Positions 54,873 to 63,052 of a stretch of 64,000 nt of DNA are shown here, piece after piece. The number at the start of each line of letters is the position of its first letter. The first letter of the stretch is position 1. The stretch is from Candidatus Xenobia bacterium (GTDB taxonomy: Bacteria > Acidobacteriota > Terriglobia > Acidiferrales > 2-02-FULL-67-57). The DNA lies in contig DATLZZ010000022.1 of the NCBI GenBank assembly GCA_035573715.1, positions 3,829 through 67,828 on the forward strand. The letters run 5' to 3'. The translations under genes and the position numbers were made by a program. The notes beneath the pieces were generated by a model. That model searched no databases, was not told the origin of the DNA, and was given only the letters and a program-made list of their open reading frames with translations.

Positions 54873-54986
54873 ACCAAACGGTTTAGAATCAATAGCATAC
54901 AAAATACTGCAACGTTTGGGCCTATTCCTGCAACTAAATTGCCAGGTGCCGCATCCATTCTGAGTGCACAGGGGGCAGGGAAGGAA

Positions 54987-55373
54987 ATGGAAATGGCAGT
55001 GGCAACCAGAACTCGAAGCAAGGCCGTGTCGGGCCGCTACGCCGCCTTTGAGCGGCTGCTGCGCGCCCGCCGGTCGGAGCTGCGCAACCATCTGCGCTCT
55101 CACTGGGAAGAAGTCCAGGCTCAGACACTGCCCGACGACACTTACGGCAGGGCCGCCCAATTCCAGCTTGAAGACCTGGCTGTCGGAACCATCGAGCGCG
55201 AGCAGGCCCTGCTGAACGAGATTGAGCAGGCGCTGGGGCGTCTGCGCGAAGGGATCTATGGGACTTGCACCGAATGCGGCGACGAGATCCCCGAGCGCCG
55301 GCTGAAGGCGCTTCCCTGGACGCGCCTCTGCCTGCGTTGCGCCCAGCGGCGCCAGAGCGTTCTTACCAACTAA
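54987..55373 (+). CDS. DksA/TraR-family C4 zinc-finger protein
   Basis: C.ECG..I...RL.A.P....C..C motif. Start is at 54987 or 54993. Confidence 0.75.
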   Translation: MEMAVATRTRSKAVSGRYAAFERLLRARRSELRNHLRSHWEEVQAQTLPDDTYGRAAQFQLEDLAVGTIEREQALLNEIEQALGRLREGIYGTCTECGDEIPERRLKALPWTRLCLRCAQRRQSVLTN

Positions 55374-55402
55374 CCACTCGACCCCAAGCCTCTCCGACAA
55401 TT

Positions 55403-55432
55403 CCCCCGCGGTTCGGAGGGGCGCTTTGTTTT
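55403..55432 (+). terminator. Possible weak terminator after the dksA-like gene
   Basis: Imperfect CCCCCG...CGGAGGGG stem followed by GCTTTGTTTT. Confidence 0.3.
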
Positions 55433-55449
55433 CAAAGAGCGAAAAGCAG

Positions 55450-55493
55450 ATCCCTCGACTTCGTCCCGATTTCATCGGGACTCCGCTCGGGAT
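55450..55493. repeat. Structured intergenic element (8-bp hairpin GTCCCGAT/ATCGGGAC nested in ATCCC...GGGAT)
   Basis: Read directly from the sequence. Resembles dispersed short intergenic repeats seen in many GC-rich genomes. Confidence 0.4.
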
Positions 55494-55504
55494 GACCAAA
55501 AACC

Positions 55505-56491
55505 CTAGTAGGCAGCGAGTTGCTCGAGGCGGGCGACCACCTTGTCGGGGTTAATCATAAAGTAGTCCTCCAGCGGCGGGCTGAAGGGCATCTTGGGAAT
55601 GTCGGGCCCGGTGATGCGCATGACGGGCGCGTCGAGGTCGTCAAACGCGTTCTCCTGGATCAGCGCCGCGACTTCGGCGCCCGGCCCCATGGTCAGCTTT
55701 TCTTCGTGGACGATGGCGACGCGGTTGGTCTTGCGCACAGTGCCGAGAATGGCTTCGGTATCGAGCGGGCGCAGCGTGCGCAGGTCAACCACCTCGCAGC
55801 TCACCCCGTGCTTGGCTTCCATTTTTTCCGCCGCCGCCAGCGACACCTGCAAACCGTAGCCGAACGTAATGATGCTCAGGTCTTTGCCTTCGCGCTTCAC
55901 CGCCGCCTTGCCGATGGGCACGGTGAAGTCGTCGTCGGGCAGCTCTTCCTTCACCGAGCGGTAGAGCTTCTTGTGCTCGAAGTAGAGGTAGCAGTCCTTG
56001 CCCCGGATGCACGACTTCAGCAGGCCCTTGGCGTCGTAGGGCGTCGCCGGATAGACAACCTTCAGTCCGGCCTCGTGCATGAACCAACTGACGTTGTCCT
56101 GCGAGTGGAACAACCCGCCGCCCACACCGCCGCCGCAACAGGTGCGGATGGTGATGTGCGGCTGGAAGGTGCCGGCGCTCCGATAACGGAGCTTGGCGAC
56201 GTTCTGGACGATCTGGTCCATGGCCGGCGTGATGAAATCCACGAACTGAATCTCCGCGATGGGGTTCATCCCCACCAGCGACGCGCCGGTGCAGGCGCCG
56301 ACGATGATGGCTTCGGCCAGCGGCGAATCCACCACCCGGTGCTCGCCGAACTTCTCCCGCAGGCCTTCGGTGGCCAGAAAGACGCCACCCTCGGCGATGT
56401 CTTCGCCCAGGATGAAGAGATTCGGGTCGCGCTCGAACTCCTCGTGCATCGCCTGGTTGATGGCTTTGATAAAAGTAACGGCCTGGCCCAT
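55505..56491 (-). CDS. 2-oxoacid dehydrogenase E1 component, beta subunit
   Basis: Transketolase-like pyrimidine-binding and C-terminal domains (GEDI...GGVF, D.P..E). 328 aa. Confidence 0.9.
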   Translation of the reverse strand: MGQAVTFIKAINQAMHEEFERDPNLFILGEDIAEGGVFLATEGLREKFGEHRVVDSPLAEAIIVGACTGASLVGMNPIAEIQFVDFITPAMDQIVQNVAKLRYRSAGTFQPHITIRTCCGGGVGGGLFHSQDNVSWFMHEAGLKVVYPATPYDAKGLLKSCIRGKDCYLYFEHKKLYRSVKEELPDDDFTVPIGKAAVKREGKDLSIITFGYGLQVSLAAAEKMEAKHGVSCEVVDLRTLRPLDTEAILGTVRKTNRVAIVHEEKLTMGPGAEVAALIQENAFDDLDAPVMRITGPDIPKMPFSPPLEDYFMINPDKVVARLEQLAAY

Positions 56492-56494
56492 CGC

Positions 56495-57586
56495 TTACTC
56501 CTCGGCGTAGACGTGCTGGGTGGCTTCGCTCGGGTCGGGATACGGACTCTTTTCCGCGAACGCCACCGCGTCGTCAATCTCCGCTTTGATTTCCGCTTCA
56601 ATCTTCTTCTTCCAGTCGTCGCTCCAGTAGCCGCGCTCGCGCAGCACCTTCTCGAAGCGCGGCACCGGGTCGCGTTTCTTCCACTCTTCGACTTCTTCCT
56701 TGGGGCGATACTTGGCGGGGTCGATTTCCGAGTGGCCGTACCAGCGGTAGGTCTTGCACTCGATGAGCGTCGGGCCTTCGCCCGCCCGCGCCCGCCGGAT
56801 GGCCTCCCGCGCCACCTGGTAGACCGCCAGCAGGTCGTTGCCGTCCACCACCACGCCCGGCATGCCGTAGCCCGCGGCCTTGTCGGCCAGCGTTTTGGCG
56901 GCCGATTGCAGCCGCAGCGGCACCGACTCGGCCCAGAGGTTGTTCTGCACCACGTAAACGCAGCCCAGCTTGTGCACCCCGGCGAAGTTCGTCGCCTCGT
57001 GCCACGCGCCGGTGCTGGTGGCGCCGTCGCCGCAGTAGGCGAAGCAGATGTCGTCCTTGCCCTGCATCTTCAGCCCGAAGGCCACGCCGGTGACGAGCTG
57101 CCACTGCGCCGCAATCGTGCTCGAGGGGATGATGATGTTGTACTCGGCGTCGCCGAAGTGCGCCGGGGTGGACTTGCCTCGGTCCGGACTCTCCACGCAG
57201 GCGTAAAGCTGCGCGATGATCCGCCGCGTCGGCACTCCCTTCACCACCGCCGCCACCATGTCCCGGTGCGAGGGGCCCACCCAGTCCGTCTTGCGGCAGC
57301 CGTAGAGTGTGCCGACGTGGGTTGCTTCCTGGCCTACCGCGGAATAGAAGTTGCCCTTGAACTTGCCCTGCCGGAACAGCAGCCGCGCCCGCTCGTCCAC
57401 CTGCCGGCACTTCAGCAGCAGGTAGTACATCTCCAGCAGTTGGTCTTTCTTCAGCTCGACGCTCGCCCCGCTCGCCGAGGCCGCCACTGCCGCCGGCTGG
57501 CTGGCCGCGGCCGGCTTGTCGTTCCGGGGCGGCCTGGCTTCCTTCTTCGCCACCGTCGCCGTTCGGGCGTTGCTTTTGGTCGCCAT
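56495..57586 (-). CDS. 2-oxoacid dehydrogenase E1 component, alpha subunit (ThDP-binding)
   Basis: ThDP motif GDGA...G...E..N.A and YR..GHS. ATG at 57586 lies 8 nt after AGGGAG. Confidence 0.9.
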   Translation of the reverse strand: MATKSNARTATVAKKEARPPRNDKPAAASQPAAVAASASGASVELKKDQLLEMYYLLLKCRQVDERARLLFRQGKFKGNFYSAVGQEATHVGTLYGCRKTDWVGPSHRDMVAAVVKGVPTRRIIAQLYACVESPDRGKSTPAHFGDAEYNIIIPSSTIAAQWQLVTGVAFGLKMQGKDDICFAYCGDGATSTGAWHEATNFAGVHKLGCVYVVQNNLWAESVPLRLQSAAKTLADKAAGYGMPGVVVDGNDLLAVYQVAREAIRRARAGEGPTLIECKTYRWYGHSEIDPAKYRPKEEVEEWKKRDPVPRFEKVLRERGYWSDDWKKKIEAEIKAEIDDAVAFAEKSPYPDPSEATQHVYAEE

Positions 57587-57635
57587 CAACCGCACTCCCT
57601 TCTAACCCGGGGTTCCACAGGCGTGAAAGCCCGCC

Positions 57636-57644
57636 ATTATAGCA
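57636..57644 (-). promoter_or_regulatory. Perfect extended -10 TGCTATAAT for the E1 alpha/beta operon
   Basis: Minus strand reads TTCTGCTATAATGGCGGGC, nearly the same string as at 32798-32806. Confidence 0.5.
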
Positions 57645-57670
57645 GAACGACGCGCACGGCGCGTCCAATG

Positions 57671-57933
57671 CTTTGTCAGGGCACGGCTTTTCGGAGGGAA
57701 GCGGAGACCCTGAGCTTGCCGAAGGAAGCCGCGCCGGTAAGGCTCGTCGCGCCAAGCGCCGCAGATGATTGCGCCGGGCACGGTTTTAACCGTGCTGAAA
57801 ATGGTTGTTGCGCGCAGCGCTTCCGCGGAAGTCGAAGCGAAGTCGCCGCACAGCGGAGACCCCGCGCCTTCTGCGGGGCGGAGATCCGGCGTTGTTCGCG
57901 GGAGGGTGTGGGGAAACCCTTTCTGGGTGTCCC
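57671..57933 (+). repeat. Mosaic intergenic repeat, copy A (two homologous blocks split by a 133-nt insert)
   Basis: Blocks 57671-57725 and 57859-57933 match 58790-58837 and 58850-58924. The insert carries the hairpin GCACGG-TTTTAA-CCGTGC (57778-57795). Confidence 0.7.
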
Positions 57934-57979
57934 CAGGGACTTCCCCTTGCACCTTGCACGAAGCCCGCGGCACGATAAC

Positions 57980-58501
57980 TCACTCCTCTAGAATAAACCA
58001 CTCGCCCTCGTCCGCCTCATCCGGCCCGTACTCCTTGTCGATCTTCGCCCCCTGCCCGGTTTTCAGTCTCCAGTAGGCGTCGGTGTATAACTCCCCGTAA
58101 CTCCTGGAATGATGGTAGTTCCGTTCCTTCTCCACTCCCTCCAGGGTTCGCAGCAGCAGTTGCACCAGCCACCCGATGGCATACGCCTGTTGCGGGTTGA
58201 GCTTGTTCTTTTCCACCGCCCTCACCACTCGCGTCAATAAGCGGTGCAAGTCCCGGCTCCGGCCCATCGGCAGCTCGTTCAGCTCTCTCAGCTCCAGCCG
58301 ATGCCCTCGAATCCCCGGGTCGTGGAAGAAGCAGAACTCCCGGCCCATCAGCCGCGCGGCCCGGCACTGCTTGTCGGTTCCGGCGTCTCGTTGGCACCGA
58401 CGGTCCTGAGTCGGCGGCCTCCTCTGCTTCTTCGGCTCCCTTGGTGCTTCTCTGCCTTTCTCTGTGCTCTCCGCGTTGATCGCCTGCTCTTCCTCGGCCA
58501 T
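57980..58501 (-). CDS. Hypothetical protein with a C-x9-C-x10-C-x2-H motif and an acidic C-terminus
   Basis: ATG at 58501 follows AGGAGGTTGAA. Motif RRCQRDAGTDKQCRAARLMGREFCFFHDP. Flanked by the direct repeat copies A and B. Confidence 0.6.
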   Translation of the reverse strand: MAEEEQAINAESTEKGREAPREPKKQRRPPTQDRRCQRDAGTDKQCRAARLMGREFCFFHDPGIRGHRLELRELNELPMGRSRDLHRLLTRVVRAVEKNKLNPQQAYAIGWLVQLLLRTLEGVEKERNYHHSRSYGELYTDAYWRLKTGQGAKIDKEYGPDEADEGEWFILEE

Positions 58502-58789
58502 TTCAACCTCCTGTCTGGAACGCTCGTTAGCTGGTCCTCGGGAGACGTCGGTGCACGATGCACGGGGGAGGGGGTACTGTCCCCCGGGCCTCGTCATCTC
58601 GTTGAAAGGAAACACCTTCCACTCCGAGACTAGTTCCAATCCATGTTTCCGGGCTTGTTCCCATCCAGTTGAACTATAAGGACTTCGCAGAAACTAATCT
58701 TCCAGGTTTTCTTCGGTAGGCCTCGCGGCCCGCAGGACGCGAACCGCGTTTCGCGGACTACTCGGACGAATGATAAGCGAAAATCGGCC

Positions 58790-58924
58790 CTTTGTCAAGG
58801 CCTTTCAGCGGCCCGCAGACCCTGAGCTTGCCGAAGGGTCAGGTGGGAAACCCCGCGCCTTCTGCGAGGCGGAGATCCCGCGCTCTCTGCGGGAGGGCTT
58901 GGGGAAACCCCTTTCGGGTGTCCC
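58790..58924 (+). repeat. Mosaic intergenic repeat, copy B (compact form)
   Basis: The 75-nt second block matches copy A at 64 of 75 positions by hand alignment. Conserved hairpin GGGGAAACCC...GGGTGTCCC. Confidence 0.7.
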
Positions 58925-58965
58925 AATCAGTCATCCAGCCCCCAAAGCTTCCAGCCGCGAGCCTC

Positions 58966-60339
58966 TTAGAAGGCGCCGGCCAGCTTGGCTTCGCGGGCTT
59001 TCTTTTCATCTACAAACAGCAGCAGGATGAGCCCGGCGAGGAAGAGCGCAATCAGCGAGACGATGGCGGTGCGCGAGGAGCCGGTCGCCTGCTTGACAAT
59101 CGCGAACAGCCACGGCCCCCACATCGCCGCAAATTTGCTGAACACGGTGTAGAACCCGTAGAACTCCGCGCTCGCCTCCTCCGGCACCATCGAGCCGTAG
59201 AACGACCGGCTCAGCGCCTGCGTCCCGCCCAGCACAATCCCCACCACCGCCCCCAGCACAAAAAACTGCGCCGTCGTCTGAATGAAGTAGGCGTAGACCA
59301 CCACGCCCGACCACAGCCCCAGCGTCAGCATGATGGTGCGCTTGGTGCCGATGCGCCCCGCCAGCCGGCTGAACATCAGCGCCCCCAGCGAGGCGATGGC
59401 CTGCACCAGCAGCAGGGTCAGCAGCAGATAGACCGTCGGCAGCTCCAGCTCCACCTTGCCATACACGGTCGCGAGGTTGATGACGGTTTGAATCGCGTCG
59501 TCGTAGAGCATGAACGCGAGGAGGAAGATAGCCAGGTGGCGAAAGCGTCCCACACGGCGCGTGGTCGCCAGCGTGCGCGTGACGCCGATGTGCGCATAGG
59601 CCAGCGTCCGCGGCCACGCCGCGTAGCGCGCCGGCAGCGGCTCGGCCGTGTCGGTTTCCTTCAGGTAGCGCACCGTGAACAGTGAAAAAGCGGCCCACCA
59701 CACCGCGGCCATCACGATGCCCAGCCGCACCGCCTGCGCCTGCGTCAGCCCGAACCAGTCGTGCAGCGCCACCAGCGCCAGCGACAGCGCGAACTGCAAG
59801 CCCCCGCCCCCGTAGCCGTAGGAAAAACCCTTGCCCGACACCCAGTCCATCTGGTCGTCGCTGGCAATGCGGGGCAGAAACGAATCGTAAAAAACGTTGG
59901 CGCCGGTGAACCCCACCTGGGCGAGGGTGAAGAAGACGAGCGTCTGCACCACGTCGCCGCTCTGCGAGAAGTAGAGCAGCAGCGAAAACAGGCAGCCGGT
60001 GTAGGCGAAGCTCAGCAGGAAACGCTTGCGGGCGGCGGAGAAGTCGGCGATGGCCCCCAGCACCGGCGCGGTGAGGAAGGCAATCAGCGTGGCCACGCCG
60101 ACCGTGAAAGCCCAGAGCGTGTCGGCGGCGTAGGTTGTGCCGCCAAGGGTGGCGCCCTCGCGCCCCACCACCACCTCGGCGAAGTAGGCCGGCAGCAGCC
60201 CCACCATGACCGTGGTGGCGTAGGCCGAGTTCGCCCAGTCATACATGCACCACCCGAAAATCGTCTTCGGGTTGTTTTTTTCGCCCCCGCCCGATGCCAT
60301 GTTGGCGGCAAGGGTACTGGCGACGCTGGCGCGCGTCAA
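58966..60339 (-). CDS. MFS transporter, UMF1 / Atg22-like family
   Basis: WC.YDWANSAY.T N-terminal motif and about 12 TM segments. Confidence 0.75.
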   Translation of the reverse strand: MTRASVASTLAANMASGGGEKNNPKTIFGWCMYDWANSAYATTVMVGLLPAYFAEVVVGREGATLGGTTYAADTLWAFTVGVATLIAFLTAPVLGAIADFSAARKRFLLSFAYTGCLFSLLLYFSQSGDVVQTLVFFTLAQVGFTGANVFYDSFLPRIASDDQMDWVSGKGFSYGYGGGGLQFALSLALVALHDWFGLTQAQAVRLGIVMAAVWWAAFSLFTVRYLKETDTAEPLPARYAAWPRTLAYAHIGVTRTLATTRRVGRFRHLAIFLLAFMLYDDAIQTVINLATVYGKVELELPTVYLLLTLLLVQAIASLGALMFSRLAGRIGTKRTIMLTLGLWSGVVVYAYFIQTTAQFFVLGAVVGIVLGGTQALSRSFYGSMVPEEASAEFYGFYTVFSKFAAMWGPWLFAIVKQATGSSRTAIVSLIALFLAGLILLLFVDEKKAREAKLAGAF

Positions 60340-60367
60340 TCACTTCGGGTGGCGGATGCCGACGGAG

Positions 60368-62917
60368 TTACCGCCAGGTGATGAGGCCGGTGGCGGCGAA
60401 GTGGTTGAGGTCGGGATGGTGGGGCCGCACCCGCACGGTGTAACCGTGCATGCCGCTCTGCTCGCAGGGAATGCTGCCGAGGTAGAGATAACGGCCGGTG
60501 CCGAGGTCTTTCTCGACCCGCATGGCCAGGCTCTGGGCGTCGGTGAGCTGGCGGTCGGCGGTCAGCCGGCCGTAGTAGACCTCGACGCTCACGTCGCTGG
60601 GGTTGATGGGGCCGAGGCGCACCTCGGCGACCACTTCGTACTCTTCGCCCACTTTGGCCCGGCCGTCGCGGCGCGCTTCGACCTTTTCGATCTTCACCTC
60701 GTTCCAGTGCTGGCGCAGGGCGGTCTTCCACTTGACCAGGTCCCGCGCCCGCTGCAGGGTGCCTTCACTGATGTGGCTGTAATAGCGCGCCGCCGGCAGG
60801 TAGTATTTCTCGGAGTACTCCCACAGCATGCGGGTGGCGCTGAAGGTCGGCCCCAGCAGCCGCATGGATTTCTTCATTTTGGCAATCCAGCCCCGCGGCA
60901 GGCCGTCAGGGCCTTGATCGTAGAACAGCGGCACCACGTCCTTCTCGAGAATCTCGTAGAGCAGGTTCGACTCCACGTAGTCCTGGTAGTTGGGGTCGGC
61001 GTATTCTTCGCCGCGGCCGATGGCCCAGCCGGCCTCGGGGTGCTGGTAGCCCTCGACCCACCAGCCGTCCAGCACGCTCAGGTTGAGCCCGCCGTTGCAG
61101 ACCACTTTCATCCCGCTGGTGCCGCTGGCTTCCAGGCCGCGGCGGGGGTTGTTGAGCCAGACGTCCACGCCCTGCATCAAGTAGCGGGCGACGACCAGGT
61201 CATAGTCTTCGATGAAGGCGGCGTGGCGCCGCACGTCGTCCTGCTGGCAGAACTGTACGATGGACTTGAGGACTTCCTTGCCCTGGGTGTCGCGCGGGTG
61301 GGCCTTGCCGGCGAAGATAATTTGCACCGGGCGCTGCGGATTCAGCAGGATTTTCTTCAGCCGCTCGAGGTCGCGCAGGATGAGGTTGGCGCGCTTGTAG
61401 GTGGCGAAGCGGCGGGCGAAGCCGATGGTTAGGGTGTTGGTGTCGAGCACGCCGCGGGCGCGGTCGAGCTCGGCCTGGGAGGCGCCGCGGCGCTCGAGCT
61501 GCTTCACCAGCCGCTGCCGCGCCACCGCCACCAGCCGCTCCCGGCGCCGCTCATGCGTCGCCCACAATTCTTCGTCGGGGATGTCGTCCACCGGCTGCCA
61601 GGTGGCGGGATTGCCGGGCTCGCGCCACCACTCCTCGCCCAGATAGCGGTCGAAGAGCTGGTGCATCTCCCGCGACACCCAGTTGCGCACGTGCACGCCG
61701 TTGGTGACGTGCCCGATGGGCACCTCGTCTTCCGGCAGCTCGGGGAAGAAGCGCTGGAAGAGCTTCCGCGAGACGGTGCCGTGCAGCTTGCTGACGGCGT
61801 TGGCGTGGGCGCTGGTGCGCAGCGCCAGCACCGCCATGTTGAAGGCCTCGTTCGGGTCGCGCGGGTTGCCGCGCCCGAGCGAGAGGAACTCGTCCCACGA
61901 GATGCCGACCTCCTTGGCGTACTCGCCGAAATACTTCTGCATCAGGTCGGGCGCGAAAACGTCGAAGCCCGCCGGAACCGGCGTGTGGGTGGTGAAGACG
62001 CCGCCGGCGCGCGCCACCTCCAGCGCCTCCCAGAAATTCACGCCGCTCTCTTTCATGATGAGCCGGATGCGCTCCAGCGACAGAAACGCCGAGTGACCTT
62101 CATTCATGTGGCAAACCACCGGCTTGAGCCCCAGGGCGTAGAGCGCGCGCAGGCCGCCGATGCCGAGCACGATTTCCTGGCGGATGCGGGTCTCGTGGTC
62201 GCCGCCGTAGAGCTGGTCGGTGATGTCCTGGAACTCGCGGGGGTTTTCGGGCAGGTTGGTGTCGAGCAGGTAGAGCGTGCTGCGGCCCACCTGCGCCGCC
62301 CAGACCTGCACCTTGACGTTGTGACCGGCGACGCGGACTTCCACCTTGACCGGCTGGCCTTGCGCATCGCTCGCTTGCCGCACCGGCAGGTTGTAGAAGT
62401 CGTTGATGGGGTAGGACTCCTGCTGCCAGCCGTCGGAGGTCAGGTACTGGCGGAAGTAGCCCTGTTGATAGAGCAGGCCGACGCCGACCAGCGGCACGCC
62501 GAGGTCGCTGACGCCCTTCATGTGGTCGCCGGAAAGCACGCCCAGGCCGCCGGAGTAGATGGGCAGGCTTTCCGAGATGCCGAACTCAGCCGAGAAGTAG
62601 GCGATGAGCGGCTTGTCGGGATAGCGCTTGTCCCACCAGGTGGGCTCCTGCAGGTACTCCTGCATGCGCTCGTAGCTGCGCTGGTAGAACGACATGAAGT
62701 TGTCGTCGCGGACCAGCTCTTGCAGGCGCTGCTGGGAGATCATCCCCAGCAGGAGGACGGGGTTCTGGTAGCACTGATCCCACAGCGCGCGGTCGAGGCG
62801 CCGGAAGACGGCGCGCAAGTCGTCGTCCCAGGTCCAGAGCAGGTTGTAAGCCATCTCCCGCAGGCCCAGGAGTTTCTCGGGCAGGGCGGGCGAGACCTGA
62901 AATTGGTCGAGCTGCAT
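60368..62917 (-). CDS. glgP: Alpha-glucan phosphorylase (GT35, DUF3417-type N-terminus)
   Basis: YSGGLGVLSGDH and EASGTSGMK (PLP lysine) motifs. 849 aa. Confidence 0.9.
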   Translation of the reverse strand: MQLDQFQVSPALPEKLLGLREMAYNLLWTWDDDLRAVFRRLDRALWDQCYQNPVLLLGMISQQRLQELVRDDNFMSFYQRSYERMQEYLQEPTWWDKRYPDKPLIAYFSAEFGISESLPIYSGGLGVLSGDHMKGVSDLGVPLVGVGLLYQQGYFRQYLTSDGWQQESYPINDFYNLPVRQASDAQGQPVKVEVRVAGHNVKVQVWAAQVGRSTLYLLDTNLPENPREFQDITDQLYGGDHETRIRQEIVLGIGGLRALYALGLKPVVCHMNEGHSAFLSLERIRLIMKESGVNFWEALEVARAGGVFTTHTPVPAGFDVFAPDLMQKYFGEYAKEVGISWDEFLSLGRGNPRDPNEAFNMAVLALRTSAHANAVSKLHGTVSRKLFQRFFPELPEDEVPIGHVTNGVHVRNWVSREMHQLFDRYLGEEWWREPGNPATWQPVDDIPDEELWATHERRRERLVAVARQRLVKQLERRGASQAELDRARGVLDTNTLTIGFARRFATYKRANLILRDLERLKKILLNPQRPVQIIFAGKAHPRDTQGKEVLKSIVQFCQQDDVRRHAAFIEDYDLVVARYLMQGVDVWLNNPRRGLEASGTSGMKVVCNGGLNLSVLDGWWVEGYQHPEAGWAIGRGEEYADPNYQDYVESNLLYEILEKDVVPLFYDQGPDGLPRGWIAKMKKSMRLLGPTFSATRMLWEYSEKYYLPAARYYSHISEGTLQRARDLVKWKTALRQHWNEVKIEKVEARRDGRAKVGEEYEVVAEVRLGPINPSDVSVEVYYGRLTADRQLTDAQSLAMRVEKDLGTGRYLYLGSIPCEQSGMHGYTVRVRPHHPDLNHFAATGLITWR

Positions 62918-62945
62918 CCGTGTCCCTCAGTGTGGGACAGCGCGA

Positions 62946-62974
62946 AGCCTAGCGCGGCGGATGGCGTCTGTCAA
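62946..62974 (-). promoter_or_regulatory. Putative promoter (TTGACA-N17-TAGGCT) for glgP and the MFS gene
   Basis: Perfect -35. GAGGGA RBS before the ATG at 62917. Confidence 0.4.
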
Positions 62975-63052
62975 ACGCTTCTGCGTCCATCACCGAGCCC
63001 GGCGGCTTGTCCTGAGCGACGCCGAAGGGCACCCGCCGCCGGGTCTTCCGGG

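Noticed and set aside
53835-55499. 554-aa minus-strand ORF
   Set aside because: Only the last 85 codons (53835-54092) look real, forming a CxxC glutaredoxin-like protein. The remainder is antisense to the SDR and dksA-like genes.
55520-57991. 823-aa plus-strand ORF
   Set aside because: Antisense shadow of the E1 beta/alpha genes. Its tail reads through the non-coding mosaic repeat.
58502-58639. Longer TTG-initiated version of the CCCH gene
   Set aside because: The internal ATG at 58501 has a near-perfect AGGAGG RBS. The extension has no coding signature.
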